A stretch of 64,000 nt of DNA, taken from an uncultured Solirubrobacterales bacterium. GTDB taxonomy: Bacteria; Actinomycetota; Thermoleophilia; Solirubrobacterales; 70-9. The stretch's first letter is position 1, and each line of letters starts with the position of its first letter. Shown here in pieces: positions 50,300-60,918 of the stretch. The notes beneath the pieces were generated by a model that saw nothing but the letters and a program-made list of their open reading frames with translations, searched no databases and was not told where the DNA came from. A program made the translations under genes and the position numbers. Location of the stretch: contig CAVPEX010000040.1 of the NCBI GenBank assembly GCA_963703585.1, positions 33,945 to 97,944 of the forward strand. Direction: 5' to 3'.

Positions 50300-50569
50300 A
50301 TGAGCCTGACCAAAGAGAAAAAGAGCGAGCTGATCGGCAAGTACCGTCGCGCCGACGGCGACACCGGCTCCGCCGAGGTCCAGATCGCGCTGCTCACCGA
50401 GCGGATCAACGAACTCACCGGTCATCTGCGCGAGCACAGCAAAGACCATCACTCGCGCCGCGGTCTGCTGATGCTGGTCGGCAAGCGCCGCCGCATGCTG
50501 CGCTACCTCGAAAAGACCGACCTCGAGCGCTACCGCGCGCTCGTCGCCGAGCTCGGCCTGCGTCGATGA
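50300..50569 (+). CDS. rpsO: 30S ribosomal protein S15
   Basis: 89 aa. ...[45 protein letters not shown]. Confidence 0.95.
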   Translation: MSLTKEKKSELIGKYRRADGDTGSAEVQIALLTERINELTGHLREHSKDHHSRRGLLMLVGKRRRMLRYLEKTDLERYRALVAELGLRR

Positions 50570-51018
50570 TCGCGGTCGGCGAGGCCGCTCCCGCCTTCAC
50601 CCTGCGAAACCAGGACGGCGAGGACGTCTCCCTCTCCGACTACTCGGGCCGCAAGGTCCTGCTGGTCTTCTACCCGATGGACTTCAGCCCGGTCTGCTCC
50701 GACCAGCTCTCGATCTACCAGGAGGTCAAGCCGGAGCTGGCCGAGAAGGGCCTGGAGCTGTTGGGAATCAGCGTCGACCACGCCTTCGCCCACAAGGCCT
50801 TTCAGGAGAAGCTCGGGATCGACACCACGCTGCTCGCCGACTTCGAGCCCAAGGGCGAGGTCGCCAGGGCCTACGACTCCTACCTCGACCTCGGCTTCGC
50901 CAACCGCACCCTCGTCCTCGTCGACGAGGACGGCAAGGTCGCCTGGACCTACGAGTCGCCGACGCCGGGTGAGTTCCCCGGCGCCAACCTCATCTTCGAC
51001 GCGCTGGCATCGCAATAG
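50566..51018 (+). CDS. peroxiredoxin (AhpC/TSA family, AhpE/Bcp-like)
   Basis: 150 aa. ...[19 protein letters not shown]... contains the peroxidatic Cys context. ATG overlaps the rpsO stop (ATGA). Confidence 0.88.
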   Translation: MIAVGEAAPAFTLRNQDGEDVSLSDYSGRKVLLVFYPMDFSPVCSDQLSIYQEVKPELAEKGLELLGISVDHAFAHKAFQEKLGIDTTLLADFEPKGEVARAYDSYLDLGFANRTLVLVDEDGKVAWTYESPTPGEFPGANLIFDALASQ

Positions 51019-51071
51019 CGCGCAGTCTGCTCTGACCCCCACGTAGAGGGGCGGCGGCAGAGACCCATCCC

Positions 51072-51551
51072 ATGAACGACCTGACCAGCGCGAGCATCCC
51101 GCCGGTCGGCTCGGACGACCACGTCCGCGGCGAGGGGGAGGAGGGGCTGATCGTCTACGCCGACCTCGGCTGCCCGCACTGCGCCGGCGCCTGGGCCGAG
51201 CTCGCCGCGCGCCCCGGCAGGACCGTCTTCCGCCACTTCCCCGTGCGCAGCAAGCACCCGCGCTCGCCGGCGCTGCACGGGGCCGCCGAGGCGGCCGGCC
51301 TGCAGGGCGCCTTCTTCGAGATGGTCGACTCGCTCTACGCCGACCGCGGCCATGTCGACGACCCCCACCTGTGGGAGCGGGTGGAGCGTTTCGGGCTCGA
51401 CCTGGAGCAATTCGAGCGCGACCGCCGCTCCGACGCCGTCGCCGCCCGCGTGCGCCGCGATTTCGAGTCCGGCATCCGCGCCGGGGTCGCCGCCACTCCA
51501 GCGGTTTTCGATGCCTGTACCCTTCAGACAGTTAGAGAACGAGAGTTCTGA
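51072..51551 (+). CDS. DsbA-family thioredoxin-fold protein
   Basis: 159 aa. CPHC active site in ...VYADLGCPHCAGAW.... C-terminal ...GVAATPAVF resembles the cis-Pro loop. Confidence 0.75.
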   Translation: MNDLTSASIPPVGSDDHVRGEGEEGLIVYADLGCPHCAGAWAELAARPGRTVFRHFPVRSKHPRSPALHGAAEAAGLQGAFFEMVDSLYADRGHVDDPHLWERVERFGLDLEQFERDRRSDAVAARVRRDFESGIRAGVAATPAVFDACTLQTVREREF

Positions 51552-51595
51552 AAGCGAATGGCCGCCAACCGGGCGGCCGGAGGTAGGACAACTAA

Positions 51596-53834
51596 ATGAG
51601 CATGTTTGACGTAAGCCGAGTTTCGGTGGATGTCGGCGACAGCCAGATTTCCTTCGAGACGGGCAAACTCGCGAAGCAGGCGGGTGGCGCGGTCGTGGTC
51701 CAGTCGGGCGAAACGATGGTCCTCTGCACCGCCACCGTCGGCAACCTTCGCGACGTGGACTTCCTTCCCCTCACCGTCGACGTCGAGGAGCGGATGTATG
51801 CCGCGGGCAAGATCCCGGGCTCGTTCTTCCGGCGCGAGGGGCGTTCGGGCGAGAAGGCGACGCTGACCGCGCGCATGATCGACCGGCCGATCCGCCCGCT
51901 CTTCCCCAAGGGCTGGCACTACGAGACCCAGCTGGTCGCGATCCCGATGTCGGTCGACCAGGTCCACCCCTACGACATCCTCGCCATGAACGGCGCCTCC
52001 GCGGCGCTGGCCATCTCCCCGGTCCCGGTCGCCCATCACGTCGGCGCCGTGCGGATCGGCAAGCTCGAGGGCGACTTCGTCGTCAATCCGCCCGAGGACC
52101 GTCACGAGGAGCTGGAGCTCGACCTGATCGTCGCCGGCACCGACGAGGCGATCCTGATGGTCGAGGCCGGCGCCGACGGCGTCACCGAGGCCGAGATCCT
52201 CGACGCCCTCGACATCGCCCACGGCGAGATCAAGAAGCTCTGCGCCGCGATGGACGAGCTGCAGCAGAAGGCCGGCAAGGAGAAGATCGAGGTCGAGGCT
52301 CCGAAGATCGACGAGGGCCTGATCAGCGAGATCCGCTCCTCCCACGGCCAGGCCCTGGTCGACGCGATCGCCACCGAGGGCAAGCTCGAGCGCTACGAGG
52401 CGATCGACAAGGTCAAGGACGAGGTCGTCGGCCACTACGCCGTCCCGCACGAGGACGGCGAGGTCGACGACGAGCGGGTCGCCGAAGTCAAGGCCGCCTT
52501 CGGCTCGATCGAAAAGGACACGATCCGCAAGGCGATCGCGGTCGAGAAGAAGCGTCCTGACGGTCGCGCCCAGGACGAGATCCGGCCGATCGAGTGCGAG
52601 GTGGACATCTCCCCGCGCGTGCACGGCTCGGCCCTCTTCACCCGCGGCGAGACGCAGATCCTCTCCAACGTCGCCCTCGGGACGACGCGGATGGACATGC
52701 GGATCGACACGCTCGGGCTGCAGACGACCAAGCGCTTCTGGCACCACTACAACTTCCCGCCCTTCTCGGTCGGGGAGGCGGGCTTCATGCGCGGCCCGAA
52801 GCGGCGCGACATCGGCCACGGCGCGCTCGCGGAGCGGGCCCTGGTCGCGACGATCCCCGACGAAGAGTCGTTCCCGTACGTGATCCGGGCGGTCTCCGAG
52901 ACGCTCGAGTCCAACGGCTCCTCCTCGATGGGCTCGGTCTGCGCCTCCTCGATGGCGCTGCAGGCGGCGGGCGTCCCGGTCTCCGCACCGGTCGCCGGCG
53001 TCGCCATGGGCCTGATCAAGGAGGGCGAGGACTACATCGTCCTCACCGACATCGCCGGCGTCGAGGACCACCTCGGCGACATGGACTTCAAGGTCGCCGG
53101 CACCAAGGACGGGATCACCGCCCTGCAGATGGACATCAAGATCACCGGCGTCACCTTCGAGATCCTGCGAGGACGCGCTGGAGCAGGCCAACAAGGGCCG
53201 GATGTTCATCCTCGGCAAGATGGCCGAGGCGATCGACGGGCCGCGGGAGAAGCTCTCCCAGCACGCGCCGGCGATCGAGTCGATCAAGATCGACCCGGAG
53301 AAGATCGGGGCGGTCATCGGCAAAGGCGGCGAAACGATCCGCGCCCTCTGCGAGGAGTTCGAAGCGGAGATCGACGTCGAGGACGACGGCACGGTGCGGA
53401 TCTACGCGCCGACCGGCGACCTCGTCGACGGTTGCGTCGCCCGCATCAACTCGATGACCAAGGAGGCCGAGATCGGCGACCGCTACGACTCCGCCAAGGT
53501 CGTCAAGACGACCACCTTCGGCGCCTTCGTCGAGCTGGTCAAGGGCACCGACGGCCTGCTGCACATCTCCAACGTGAAGCCGGGCGAGCGGGTCGACTCC
53601 GTCGACGACGTGCTGAAAGCCGGCGAAGAGATCGACGTCACCGTGGTCGAGGTCGACAAGGAGCGGGGCCGGATCGGCCTGCGGCTCTCCGACGACCCCT
53701 CGGTCGCGGGCAAATCGCCGGAGGAACTGGCCTCGGTCGGTTCCGGCGACGGTGGCCGGCGCAACGGCGGCGACCGCGGCGGCCGTGGCGGCCGCGAGGG
53801 CGGTCGGCGGCGTGAGCGCGAGCGCCGCGGCTAG
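51596..53834 (+). CDS. pnp: polyribonucleotide nucleotidyltransferase (PNPase), one apparent frameshift
   Basis: Two RNase PH domains are intact up to ...DIKITGVTFEIL. The frame then changes (R/DALEQANKGRMFILGKMAEAI) near 53166-53170. KH and S1 domains and an RG-rich tail follow in ORF 53202-53834. Confidence 0.93.
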
Positions 53835-53836
53835 CG

Positions 53837-55111
53837 TTGGCTGACGCGCAGCTCACCGAGCTCGGCTCGGGCGTCCGGGTCGTGACCGAGGAGGTTCCCT
53901 CGGTCCGGTCCGTGGCGCTCGGGCTCTGGGTGCGCACCGGGTCGCGCAACGAGACGCCGGCGCAGGCCGGCGTCTCGCACTTCCTCGAGCACCTGCTGTT
54001 CAAGGGGACGGCGCGCCACTCGGCGATCGAGATCTCCGAGCTCTTCGACGGGCTCGGGGCCTCGGTCAACGCCGCCACCGGCAAGGAGACGACGCACCTG
54101 CACGCGCGCTTCCTCGACGAGCACACCGAGGCGGTCTTCGACCTGCTGGCGGAGATGCTGCTGGCGCCGACCTACCCCGACATCGACTCCGAGCGCCAGG
54201 TGGTGCTGGAGGAGATCGCGATGTACGAGGACGAGCCGCAGGACCGCGTCCACGACGTCCTCGCCGAGGCCGTCTTCGGCGCCCACCCGCTGGGGCGGCG
54301 CGTGCTGGGCGAGGCCGAGGTGATCGCCTCGATCCCGATCCCCGACATCGAGGCCTACCACCACGCCCGCTACGCCGGCCCGGAGATCGTCGTCGGCGCC
54401 GCCGGCCATCTCGACCACGCCCGCATCGTCGAGCTGGCCGAGCGCCTGGTGACGCCGCCGGCCGACGGTGGGGGGGTGGCGCCGGCGACCGAGATCGAGG
54501 GCTCCGCGCGGCTCTGCTTCCACCCCAAGGAGACCGAGCAGTACCACATCTGCTTCGGGGCGCCGGGTCTGCGGCGCGACGACGAGCGCCGCTACCCGCT
54601 GGCCGTCCTCGACGCGATCTTCGGCGGCTCGACCTCTTCGCGCCTCTTCCGCGAGGTGCGGGAGAAGCGCGGGCTGGCCTACTCGGTCGGCTCCTACAAC
54701 GAGCAGTTCACCGACCAGGGGCTGGTCGCCACCTACGTCGGCACCCGCGAGGACAACGTCGAGGAGGCCTGCGCGATCATCGGCGCCGAGCTGGCGCGGC
54801 TGCGCTCCGAGCCGGTCTCGGCGGCGGAGCTGGCGCGGGCGAAGGAGAGCGTCAAGGGCCGCCTCGTCCTCTCCTCGGAGTCGACGGCGGCGCGGATGAC
54901 GCGGATCTCGCGCGCCACCCTGTTCGGGCTGCCGATCGAAAGCCTCGACGAGATGCTGGCCAAGGTCGACGCGATCGAGGTCGACGACCTGACCGAGCTG
55001 GCCACCGAGCTGTACGCGGCCGACCGGCTCTCTGCCGCCTGCGTAGGCGCCGACGAGGACCGCTTCCGGGCGGCGCTGGCCCCGGTCAGCGAGGACCTGG
55101 TCGCCGCATGA
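53837..55111 (+). CDS. M16-family zinc metallopeptidase (pitrilysin/insulinase-like)
   Basis: 424 aa. Inverted zinc motif HFLEH plus a downstream E. Conserved position after pnp. Confidence 0.9.
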   Translation: MADAQLTELGSGVRVVTEEVPSVRSVALGLWVRTGSRNETPAQAGVSHFLEHLLFKGTARHSAIEISELFDGLGASVNAATGKETTHLHARFLDEHTEAVFDLLAEMLLAPTYPDIDSERQVVLEEIAMYEDEPQDRVHDVLAEAVFGAHPLGRRVLGEAEVIASIPIPDIEAYHHARYAGPEIVVGAAGHLDHARIVELAERLVTPPADGGGVAPATEIEGSARLCFHPKETEQYHICFGAPGLRRDDERRYPLAVLDAIFGGSTSSRLFREVREKRGLAYSVGSYNEQFTDQGLVATYVGTREDNVEEACAIIGAELARLRSEPVSAAELARAKESVKGRLVLSSESTAARMTRISRATLFGLPIESLDEMLAKVDAIEVDDLTELATELYAADRLSAACVGADEDRFRAALAPVSEDLVAA

Positions 55112-55154
55112 ATCAGCCGGCACCTCCTCCGCTTGCGCGTCCGGGGATGCCGGG

Positions 55155-55820
55155 TTGATCCGTGTAGCCGTGGCTGGAGCCGCCGGGCGCATGGGCCAGG
55201 CGGTCTGCGAGGCGGTCGAGGGCGCCGAGGGCCTGGGGCTGACGGGCCGGGCCGACCCCGCGCTCGGCGTCGAGCTGGCCGCGGTGCTGGGCGAGGCCGA
55301 CGTCGTCGTCGACTTCACCGTCCCTGACACCGCCCTGGAGAACGTCCGCGCCTGCCTCGGCGCCGGCGTCCACGCCGTCGTCGGCACCACCGGCTTCGAC
55401 CTCGAGGCCGCCCGCGCCGCCGCCGAGGCGGCCAGCGCCAACTGCTTCGTCGCCCCCAACTTCGCGATCGGCGCCGTGCTGATGATGATGGTCTCGCAGA
55501 CGATCGCCCCGCACATGCCGGAGTGCGAGATCGTCGAGCTGCACCACGACCGCAAGCTCGACGCCCCCTCCGGCACCGCCAGGCGCACCCAGGAGCTGAT
55601 CGACGCCGCCGGCGGCCACGTCCACCAGCCGATCCACTCGGTGCGGCTGCCCGGCCTGGTCGCCCACCAGGAAGTGATCTTCGGCGGCGAGGGGCAGACG
55701 CTCTCGCTCCGCCACGACTCGATCGACCGTCGCTCCTTCATGCCGGGCGTGGTGCTGGCGGTGCGCCGGGTCGCCGACCTGCCCGACCGCTTCACGGTCG
55801 GGCTCGAGAAGCTGCTTTGA
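55155..55820 (+). CDS. dapB: 4-hydroxy-tetrahydrodipicolinate reductase
   Basis: 221 aa with a TTG start. VAGAAGRMG and ...ELHHDRKLDAPSGTA.... Confidence 0.93.
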   Translation: MIRVAVAGAAGRMGQAVCEAVEGAEGLGLTGRADPALGVELAAVLGEADVVVDFTVPDTALENVRACLGAGVHAVVGTTGFDLEAARAAAEAASANCFVAPNFAIGAVLMMMVSQTIAPHMPECEIVELHHDRKLDAPSGTARRTQELIDAAGGHVHQPIHSVRLPGLVAHQEVIFGGEGQTLSLRHDSIDRRSFMPGVVLAVRRVADLPDRFTVGLEKLL

Positions 55821-55863
55821 GCATGGGTTCCAAGCGGCCGTCCGACGGGGTACCCTGGCAACG

Positions 55864-56736
55864 ATGAAGCAGATCGAGGGCGTGATCACGGCGATGGCCA
55901 CCCCGTTCGACGAGAGCGGGAACGTGGACCTCGAGGCGAGCCGCCGGCTCGCCGCCCACCTGTTCGAGCACGGCTCGCACGGGCTGGTGATCGCCGGCAC
56001 CACCGGCGAGTGCCCGACCCTGACCGACGGCGAGGAGATCGAGCTGCTGCGGGCGGTGCGGGCCGAGGTCGGCGAGGAGGCGCTGCTGATCTGCGGGACC
56101 GGGACCAACGACACCCGCCACTCCTGCGAGCTGACCAAGATGGCGGCGGAGGCCGGCGCCGACGCCTCACTCGTCGTCGTCCCGTACTACAACAAGCCCA
56201 ACCGGGAGGGCATCCGGGCGCACTTCGAGACCGTCGCCGAGGCGGTGCCGGAGCTGCCGATGGTGATGTACAACATCCCCTCGCGGGTGATCGTCAACGC
56301 CGACCCGGAGCTGCTGGCGGAACTGGGGCAGGTTTCCAACATCGTCGCCGTCAAGCAGGCGAACGACGCCGAGCTGGGCCCGATCGACGGGCTCGCGATC
56401 CTCGCCGGCAACGACAACACGTACCTGCGGGTGCTCGAGCTCGGCGGCGCCGGCGGCATCCTCGTCGCCGCCCACCTGGTCGGCGACCGCATGCGCGAGA
56501 TGTGGGAGGCGGCCCAGGCCGGCGACCTCGAGCGCGCGCGACAGATCGACGCCGAGATCACCCCCGTCTACGAGGGCATCTCGGTCACCACCAACCCGAT
56601 TCCGCTGAAGGCCGCGCTTGCGATGCTCGGCCTCGCGGAGGATCGGCTCAGACTTCCCCTGGTTCCCGCCGACGCCGAGCAGAGGGCCGCCGTCAAGGCC
56701 GGCCTCGATGCCGCGGGCGTCGCGGTGGCCAGTTAG
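55864..56736 (+). CDS. dapA: 4-hydroxy-tetrahydrodipicolinate synthase
   Basis: 290 aa. ...AGTTGECPTLT..., ...VVPYYNKP..., YNIPSR and the lysine in VAVKQA. Confidence 0.95.
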   Translation: MKQIEGVITAMATPFDESGNVDLEASRRLAAHLFEHGSHGLVIAGTTGECPTLTDGEEIELLRAVRAEVGEEALLICGTGTNDTRHSCELTKMAAEAGADASLVVVPYYNKPNREGIRAHFETVAEAVPELPMVMYNIPSRVIVNADPELLAELGQVSNIVAVKQANDAELGPIDGLAILAGNDNTYLRVLELGGAGGILVAAHLVGDRMREMWEAAQAGDLERARQIDAEITPVYEGISVTTNPIPLKAALAMLGLAEDRLRLPLVPADAEQRAAVKAGLDAAGVAVAS

Positions 56737-56764
56737 ACACGACTTCACAGAGAGTGAGCGACTA

Positions 56765-58429
56765 GTGCCAAAGAAACTCCGCGTGCTGCCCTTGGGCGGC
56801 CTCGGCGAGATCGGCAAGAACATGACCGTGATCGAGTTCGACGGACGCATCGTCGTCGTCGACACCGGCCTGATGTTCCCGACCGCCGAGATGCACGGGA
56901 TCGACCTCGTCCTTCCCGACTTCTCCTACCTTCGCGATCGCGCCGACGACATCGAGGCGATCGTCCTCACCCACGGGCACGAGGACCACGTCGGCGCCCT
57001 GCCCTACGTCCTCCGCGAGATCGGCTCGCCGCCGGTCATCTACGGCGGCCTGCTGACGATCGGCATGGTCCGCTCCAAGCTCGACGAGCACAGGCTCGGC
57101 GAGTCGGCGCCGCTGCAGGAGCTGCCGCCGGGCGAGAAGGTCCAGCGCGGCCCCTTCCAGATCGAGCTGATCCACCTCGCCCACTCGATCCCCGACATGC
57201 GCGGTGTCCTGCTGACGACGGAGGTCGGCTCGGTCCTGATGACCGGCGACTACAAGTTCGACCAGACCCCCGTCGACGGCCGCCCGGCCGACGTCTCCAG
57301 GCTGGCCGAGCTCGGCAAGGAAGGGCTGCTGCTGCTCTGCGGCGACTCGACCAACGCCGACCGCCCCGGCGTCGCCCCCTCGGAGTCGAGCGTCGGCCCG
57401 GCGCTGCTGCAGCAGTTCTCGCGCTGCGAGGGGCGGATCGTCGTCACCTCCTTCGCCTCCAACATCCACCGCGTCCAGCAGGTGATCGACGCCGCCGCCG
57501 CGCTCGACCGCAAGGTCGCCCTGGTCGGCCGCTCGATGCGCAAGAACTTCAACATCGCCTCCAACCTGGGCATGGCGAAAGCGCCCCAGGGCCTCTTCAT
57601 CCAGCCCCGCGAGATCGAGGACTTCCCCGACGAGAAGATCGTCGTGATCTCGACCGGCAGCCAGGGGGAGCCGCTCTCGGCGCTGCGGCGGATGGCCAAC
57701 AACGACCACCGCGACGTGCAGCTGCACTCGGGCGACACCGTTGTCTTCTCAGCCACGCCGGTGCCCGGCAACGAGCGCGCGGTGAACGAGACGATCGACC
57801 GCATCTACGAGATCGGCGCAACCGTGATCACCGCCCAGGACGCGCCGATCCACGCCTCCGGCCACGGCTGGCAGGAGGAGCTGAAGCTGATGCTGAACCT
57901 GACCAAACCGCGCTTCGTGCTGCCGGTCCACGGCGACCACAAGCGGCTGCGCCTCCACGCCGAGCTGGCCGAGGCGGTCGGGATCGACCCCGCCAACATC
58001 TTCCGCGGCCGCAACGGCCTGCCGCTGGAGCTCGATGCCGACGGCGCCGCCTTCGGCGAGGGCATCCACGCCGGCGTCATGTACGTCGACGGCGTCAACA
58101 TCGGCGAGCCCGACGACGCGGCGCTGCGCGACCGCCGCGAGATCTCCGCCGACGGCATCTTCATCGTCGTCGTCACGATCTCCTCCGACGACGGCCGGGT
58201 CGTCGCCGACCCCGAGGTGATCTTCCGCGGCGTCGCCTTCCTCGAGGAAGCGGACGCCCTGGTCGAAGAGCTGAGCGACCTGGTCGAAGACAGCCTCGAA
58301 GACGCCGCCGAGGCCGGCAACCGCGCCTCGCACCTGATCGAGGAAGACCTGCACGACGCGATCGGCAAGTTCGTCTTCCAGCGCCTGCGCAGGCGGCCGA
58401 TGGTGTTGCCGGTGGTTATCGAAGTCTGA
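56765..58429 (+). CDS. rnj: ribonuclease J
   Basis: GTG 56765 (VPKKLRVLPLGGLGEIGKNM). Beta-lactamase motif THGHEDHVGALP, beta-CASP and C-terminal domains. About 554 aa. Confidence 0.93.
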   Translation: MPKKLRVLPLGGLGEIGKNMTVIEFDGRIVVVDTGLMFPTAEMHGIDLVLPDFSYLRDRADDIEAIVLTHGHEDHVGALPYVLREIGSPPVIYGGLLTIGMVRSKLDEHRLGESAPLQELPPGEKVQRGPFQIELIHLAHSIPDMRGVLLTTEVGSVLMTGDYKFDQTPVDGRPADVSRLAELGKEGLLLLCGDSTNADRPGVAPSESSVGPALLQQFSRCEGRIVVTSFASNIHRVQQVIDAAAALDRKVALVGRSMRKNFNIASNLGMAKAPQGLFIQPREIEDFPDEKIVVISTGSQGEPLSALRRMANNDHRDVQLHSGDTVVFSATPVPGNERAVNETIDRIYEIGATVITAQDAPIHASGHGWQEELKLMLNLTKPRFVLPVHGDHKRLRLHAELAEAVGIDPANIFRGRNGLPLELDADGAAFGEGIHAGVMYVDGVNIGEPDDAALRDRREISADGIFIVVVTISSDDGRVVADPEVIFRGVAFLEEADALVEELSDLVEDSLEDAAEAGNRASHLIEEDLHDAIGKFVFQRLRRRPMVLPVVIEV

Positions 58430-58600
58430 CCGGGGCTGCGCCGGCGTTGGTGGTTAGGGCTCCCCAGCAACACGCGAGCAGGCAGCGCCTCGGGACCAAC
58501 GCGGCGTGTCACGGTCAAGCAGCTCGAAAAGGAGGCGGGGCGCTTTCATCCTGAGCTGATTTGGCGCGCGGCCCCCAGCTACCCACCCCCGAACCCAAGC

Positions 58601-58647
58601 AAAGAAAAAGCCCGCCGGGATGGTGTCTGGGGAGAATCCCGGCGGGC
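58601..58647 (-). terminator. intrinsic terminator of the two-component operon
   Basis: On the minus strand: GCCCGCCGGGA-N16-TCCCGGCGGGC (11-bp perfect stem) followed by TTTTTCTTT. It begins 38 nt after the kinase stop. Confidence 0.7.
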
Positions 58648-58684
58648 CCAGTGTCTCGTCCGCGGGTGAATTTAGGCGGCGGCC

Positions 58685-60151
58685 CTAAAGCGCCTCTAAA
58701 ACATCGCCGCGGGCCGGCTCTGGGCCGGCCATCGGGATGCGGGCGCGGAAGAGGGCACCGCCGGACTCCGACTCGAGCGCCTCGACGGAGCCGCCGTGGG
58801 ACTCGGCGACGGCGCTGACGATCGCCAGGCCGAGGCCGGTGCCGTTGCCGGCGGCGGTGTCGGCGGGGCCGGCGCCACGGACGAACCGATCGAAGACCTG
58901 CGCCCGCATCGCCGCCGGGATGCCGGGACCGTCGTCGGCCACCTCGATCACCGCCGAGCCGCCCTCCGCGCGAAGCCGCAGCTCGACCCGGGCGCCGGGC
59001 GGCGTGTGGTGGGCGGCGTTGTCGAGCAGGTTCAGCACCATCCGGTGCAGCTCGTCCGGGTTGCCTTCGACCCGCAGCGGCCTGTCGTTGTCGACGACGA
59101 GCTCGCGACCGCCCATCAGCGGCGCCGCCTCCGCCGCGGCTTCGCCGGCGACTTCGGCGAGGTCGCAGCGGCGGTGTTTGCCGAGCCGGCCGGCGTCGGC
59201 GCGGGCAAGCAGCAGCAGGTCGCCGACGAGGCGGCTCATGCGGCGCGAGGAGCGCAGGGCGGAGTCGACGACCTCGCGGTCTTCGGCCGCACCGGCGCCG
59301 CCCAGCGAGGCCTGCAGCAGCTCGAGGTTGGCGAGGACGCTGGTCAGCGGCGTGCGCAGCTCGTGCGAGGCGTCGGCGACGAACTCGCGCTGCTTCTGCA
59401 TCGCCCCCTCGCGCTCGGCCCGGGCGGCGTCGAGCGAGCGCAGCATCTCCTCCAGGGTCCGGGTCAGCTCGCCGACCTCGTCCTCGACCACAGGCTCGGG
59501 CATGCTCAGCGAGGGGTCGCGGGTGGTGGCGATGCGGCGGGCGGTGGCGGTCAGCGAGGCGATCGGCCGCATCGCGCGGGCGGCGATCGCGACCCCGGCG
59601 AGGCTGGCGAGGAGGGTGCCGCCGAGGACGCCGGCGACGATGAAGAGCCAGAGGCGGTCGATGGTCGACTCGACGTGGTCGAGGCTGCGCCCGTACTGGA
59701 CGTAGCCGGTGACGGCGCCGGCTTCGGAGGTGATCGGTGCCGTCGCCACACGCTTGCCGCCGTGGTCGGAGAGCCCGGCCGTAACCGGCCCCAGGGAGCC
59801 CGCCCCGGGGGTCCGTCGCCTGACGTTGCCATCGACGTCGAGGACCCGGGCCGAGGCGTCGTCGGGAAGGACGAAGGCCTCGAGGCTCGGTCCCGCCTGG
59901 GCGAAGCTGCCGACCGGCGTGTAGACGACGCGGAACTCCGAGGCGAGCGTCTGGGCGGCGTTCCGCACCTCGCCGTCGAAGTCGCTGCGGATGCGCTGCG
60001 TGGCCACCTCGCCGATCGTGATCCCGAAGACGAGCAGGATCGCCAGGGTCAGGCCGGAGGAGACGGTTGCCAGGCGCCAGCGCACCGGCCAGGAGCGGGG
60101 ACGGACCAGGCGCCGGAGCCAGGCCCGGGTGCGCTTGCCCCGGCGGCCCAC
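58685..60151 (-). CDS. sensor histidine kinase (HAMP-HisKA-HATPase)
   Basis: 488 aa from GTG 60151. Two transmembrane segments, H-box ADASHELRTPL, N-box LLDNAAHH, and G-boxes DDGPGI and GTGLGLAIV. Confidence 0.88.
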   Translation of the reverse strand: MGRRGKRTRAWLRRLVRPRSWPVRWRLATVSSGLTLAILLVFGITIGEVATQRIRSDFDGEVRNAAQTLASEFRVVYTPVGSFAQAGPSLEAFVLPDDASARVLDVDGNVRRRTPGAGSLGPVTAGLSDHGGKRVATAPITSEAGAVTGYVQYGRSLDHVESTIDRLWLFIVAGVLGGTLLASLAGVAIAARAMRPIASLTATARRIATTRDPSLSMPEPVVEDEVGELTRTLEEMLRSLDAARAEREGAMQKQREFVADASHELRTPLTSVLANLELLQASLGGAGAAEDREVVDSALRSSRRMSRLVGDLLLLARADAGRLGKHRRCDLAEVAGEAAAEAAPLMGGRELVVDNDRPLRVEGNPDELHRMVLNLLDNAAHHTPPGARVELRLRAEGGSAVIEVADDGPGIPAAMRAQVFDRFVRGAGPADTAAGNGTGLGLAIVSAVAESHGGSVEALESESGGALFRARIPMAGPEPARGDVLEAL

Positions 60152-60153
60152 CG

Positions 60154-60846
60154 TCAGTCCTTCAGCACGTACCCGGCGCCCCGTTTGGTGTGCAGCAGGC
60201 GCGGCTCGCCGCCGGCCTCGAGCTTGCGCCGCAGGTTGGAGATGAAGACGTCGATCGTGTTCGTCGCCGCCATCGGGTCGTATCCCCAGACCTCGTCCAG
60301 CAGCCGCTCGCGGGAGACGACCAGGCGCTCGTTGCGCACCAGGAACTCGAGCAGCTCGAACTCGCGGTTGGTCAGCTCGATCTCGCGCTCGCCCCGCCGC
60401 ACCTCGCGGGTGTCGGGGTTGAGGGTGAGGTCGCCGACCTCCAGCGAAGCGGCGCCGCGCGGCGGCCGCCGCCGCAGCAGCGCCCGGATCCGCGCCAGCA
60501 GCTCCTGCCGCTCGAACGGCTTCACCAGGTAGTCGTCGGCGCCGGAGTCGAGGCCGGTGACGCGGTCCTCGGTCTCGGCCCGCGCCGTCAGCATCAGGAT
60601 CGGCACGTCGCCGTCTGTGCGCAGGCGGCGGCAGACCTCGACCCCGTCGAGGCCGGGCAGGCCGAGGTCGAGCACGACCAGGTCGGGGAAGAAGCCGGCG
60701 GCGACGTCGAGCGCCTCGATGCCGTCGGCCGATGTGCGCACCTCGTAGCCCTCGTTGCGCAGCGAGCGGCGCAGGACGTCGGCGATGTCGGCGTCGTCCT
60801 CGACGATGAGGACGCGGCCGCCGAGCTGTTCGGTTTCGGCGAGCAT
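60154..60846 (-). CDS. OmpR-family response regulator
   Basis: 230 aa. Receiver domain (VEDDADI...DLVVLDLGLPGLDG...K) and winged-helix domain (...LTNREFELLEFLVRN...GAGYVLK). Confidence 0.92.
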   Translation of the reverse strand: MLAETEQLGGRVLIVEDDADIADVLRRSLRNEGYEVRTSADGIEALDVAAGFFPDLVVLDLGLPGLDGVEVCRRLRTDGDVPILMLTARAETEDRVTGLDSGADDYLVKPFERQELLARIRALLRRRPPRGAASLEVGDLTLNPDTREVRRGEREIELTNREFELLEFLVRNERLVVSRERLLDEVWGYDPMAATNTIDVFISNLRRKLEAGGEPRLLHTKRGAGYVLKD

Positions 60847-60918
60847 CTGACGATGGTAGCCCCGCCAAGCGGCGGTTTCCCCAGGTTTTATGCCGGCTTT
60901 AGGGGTCCGCGAGCCGGC

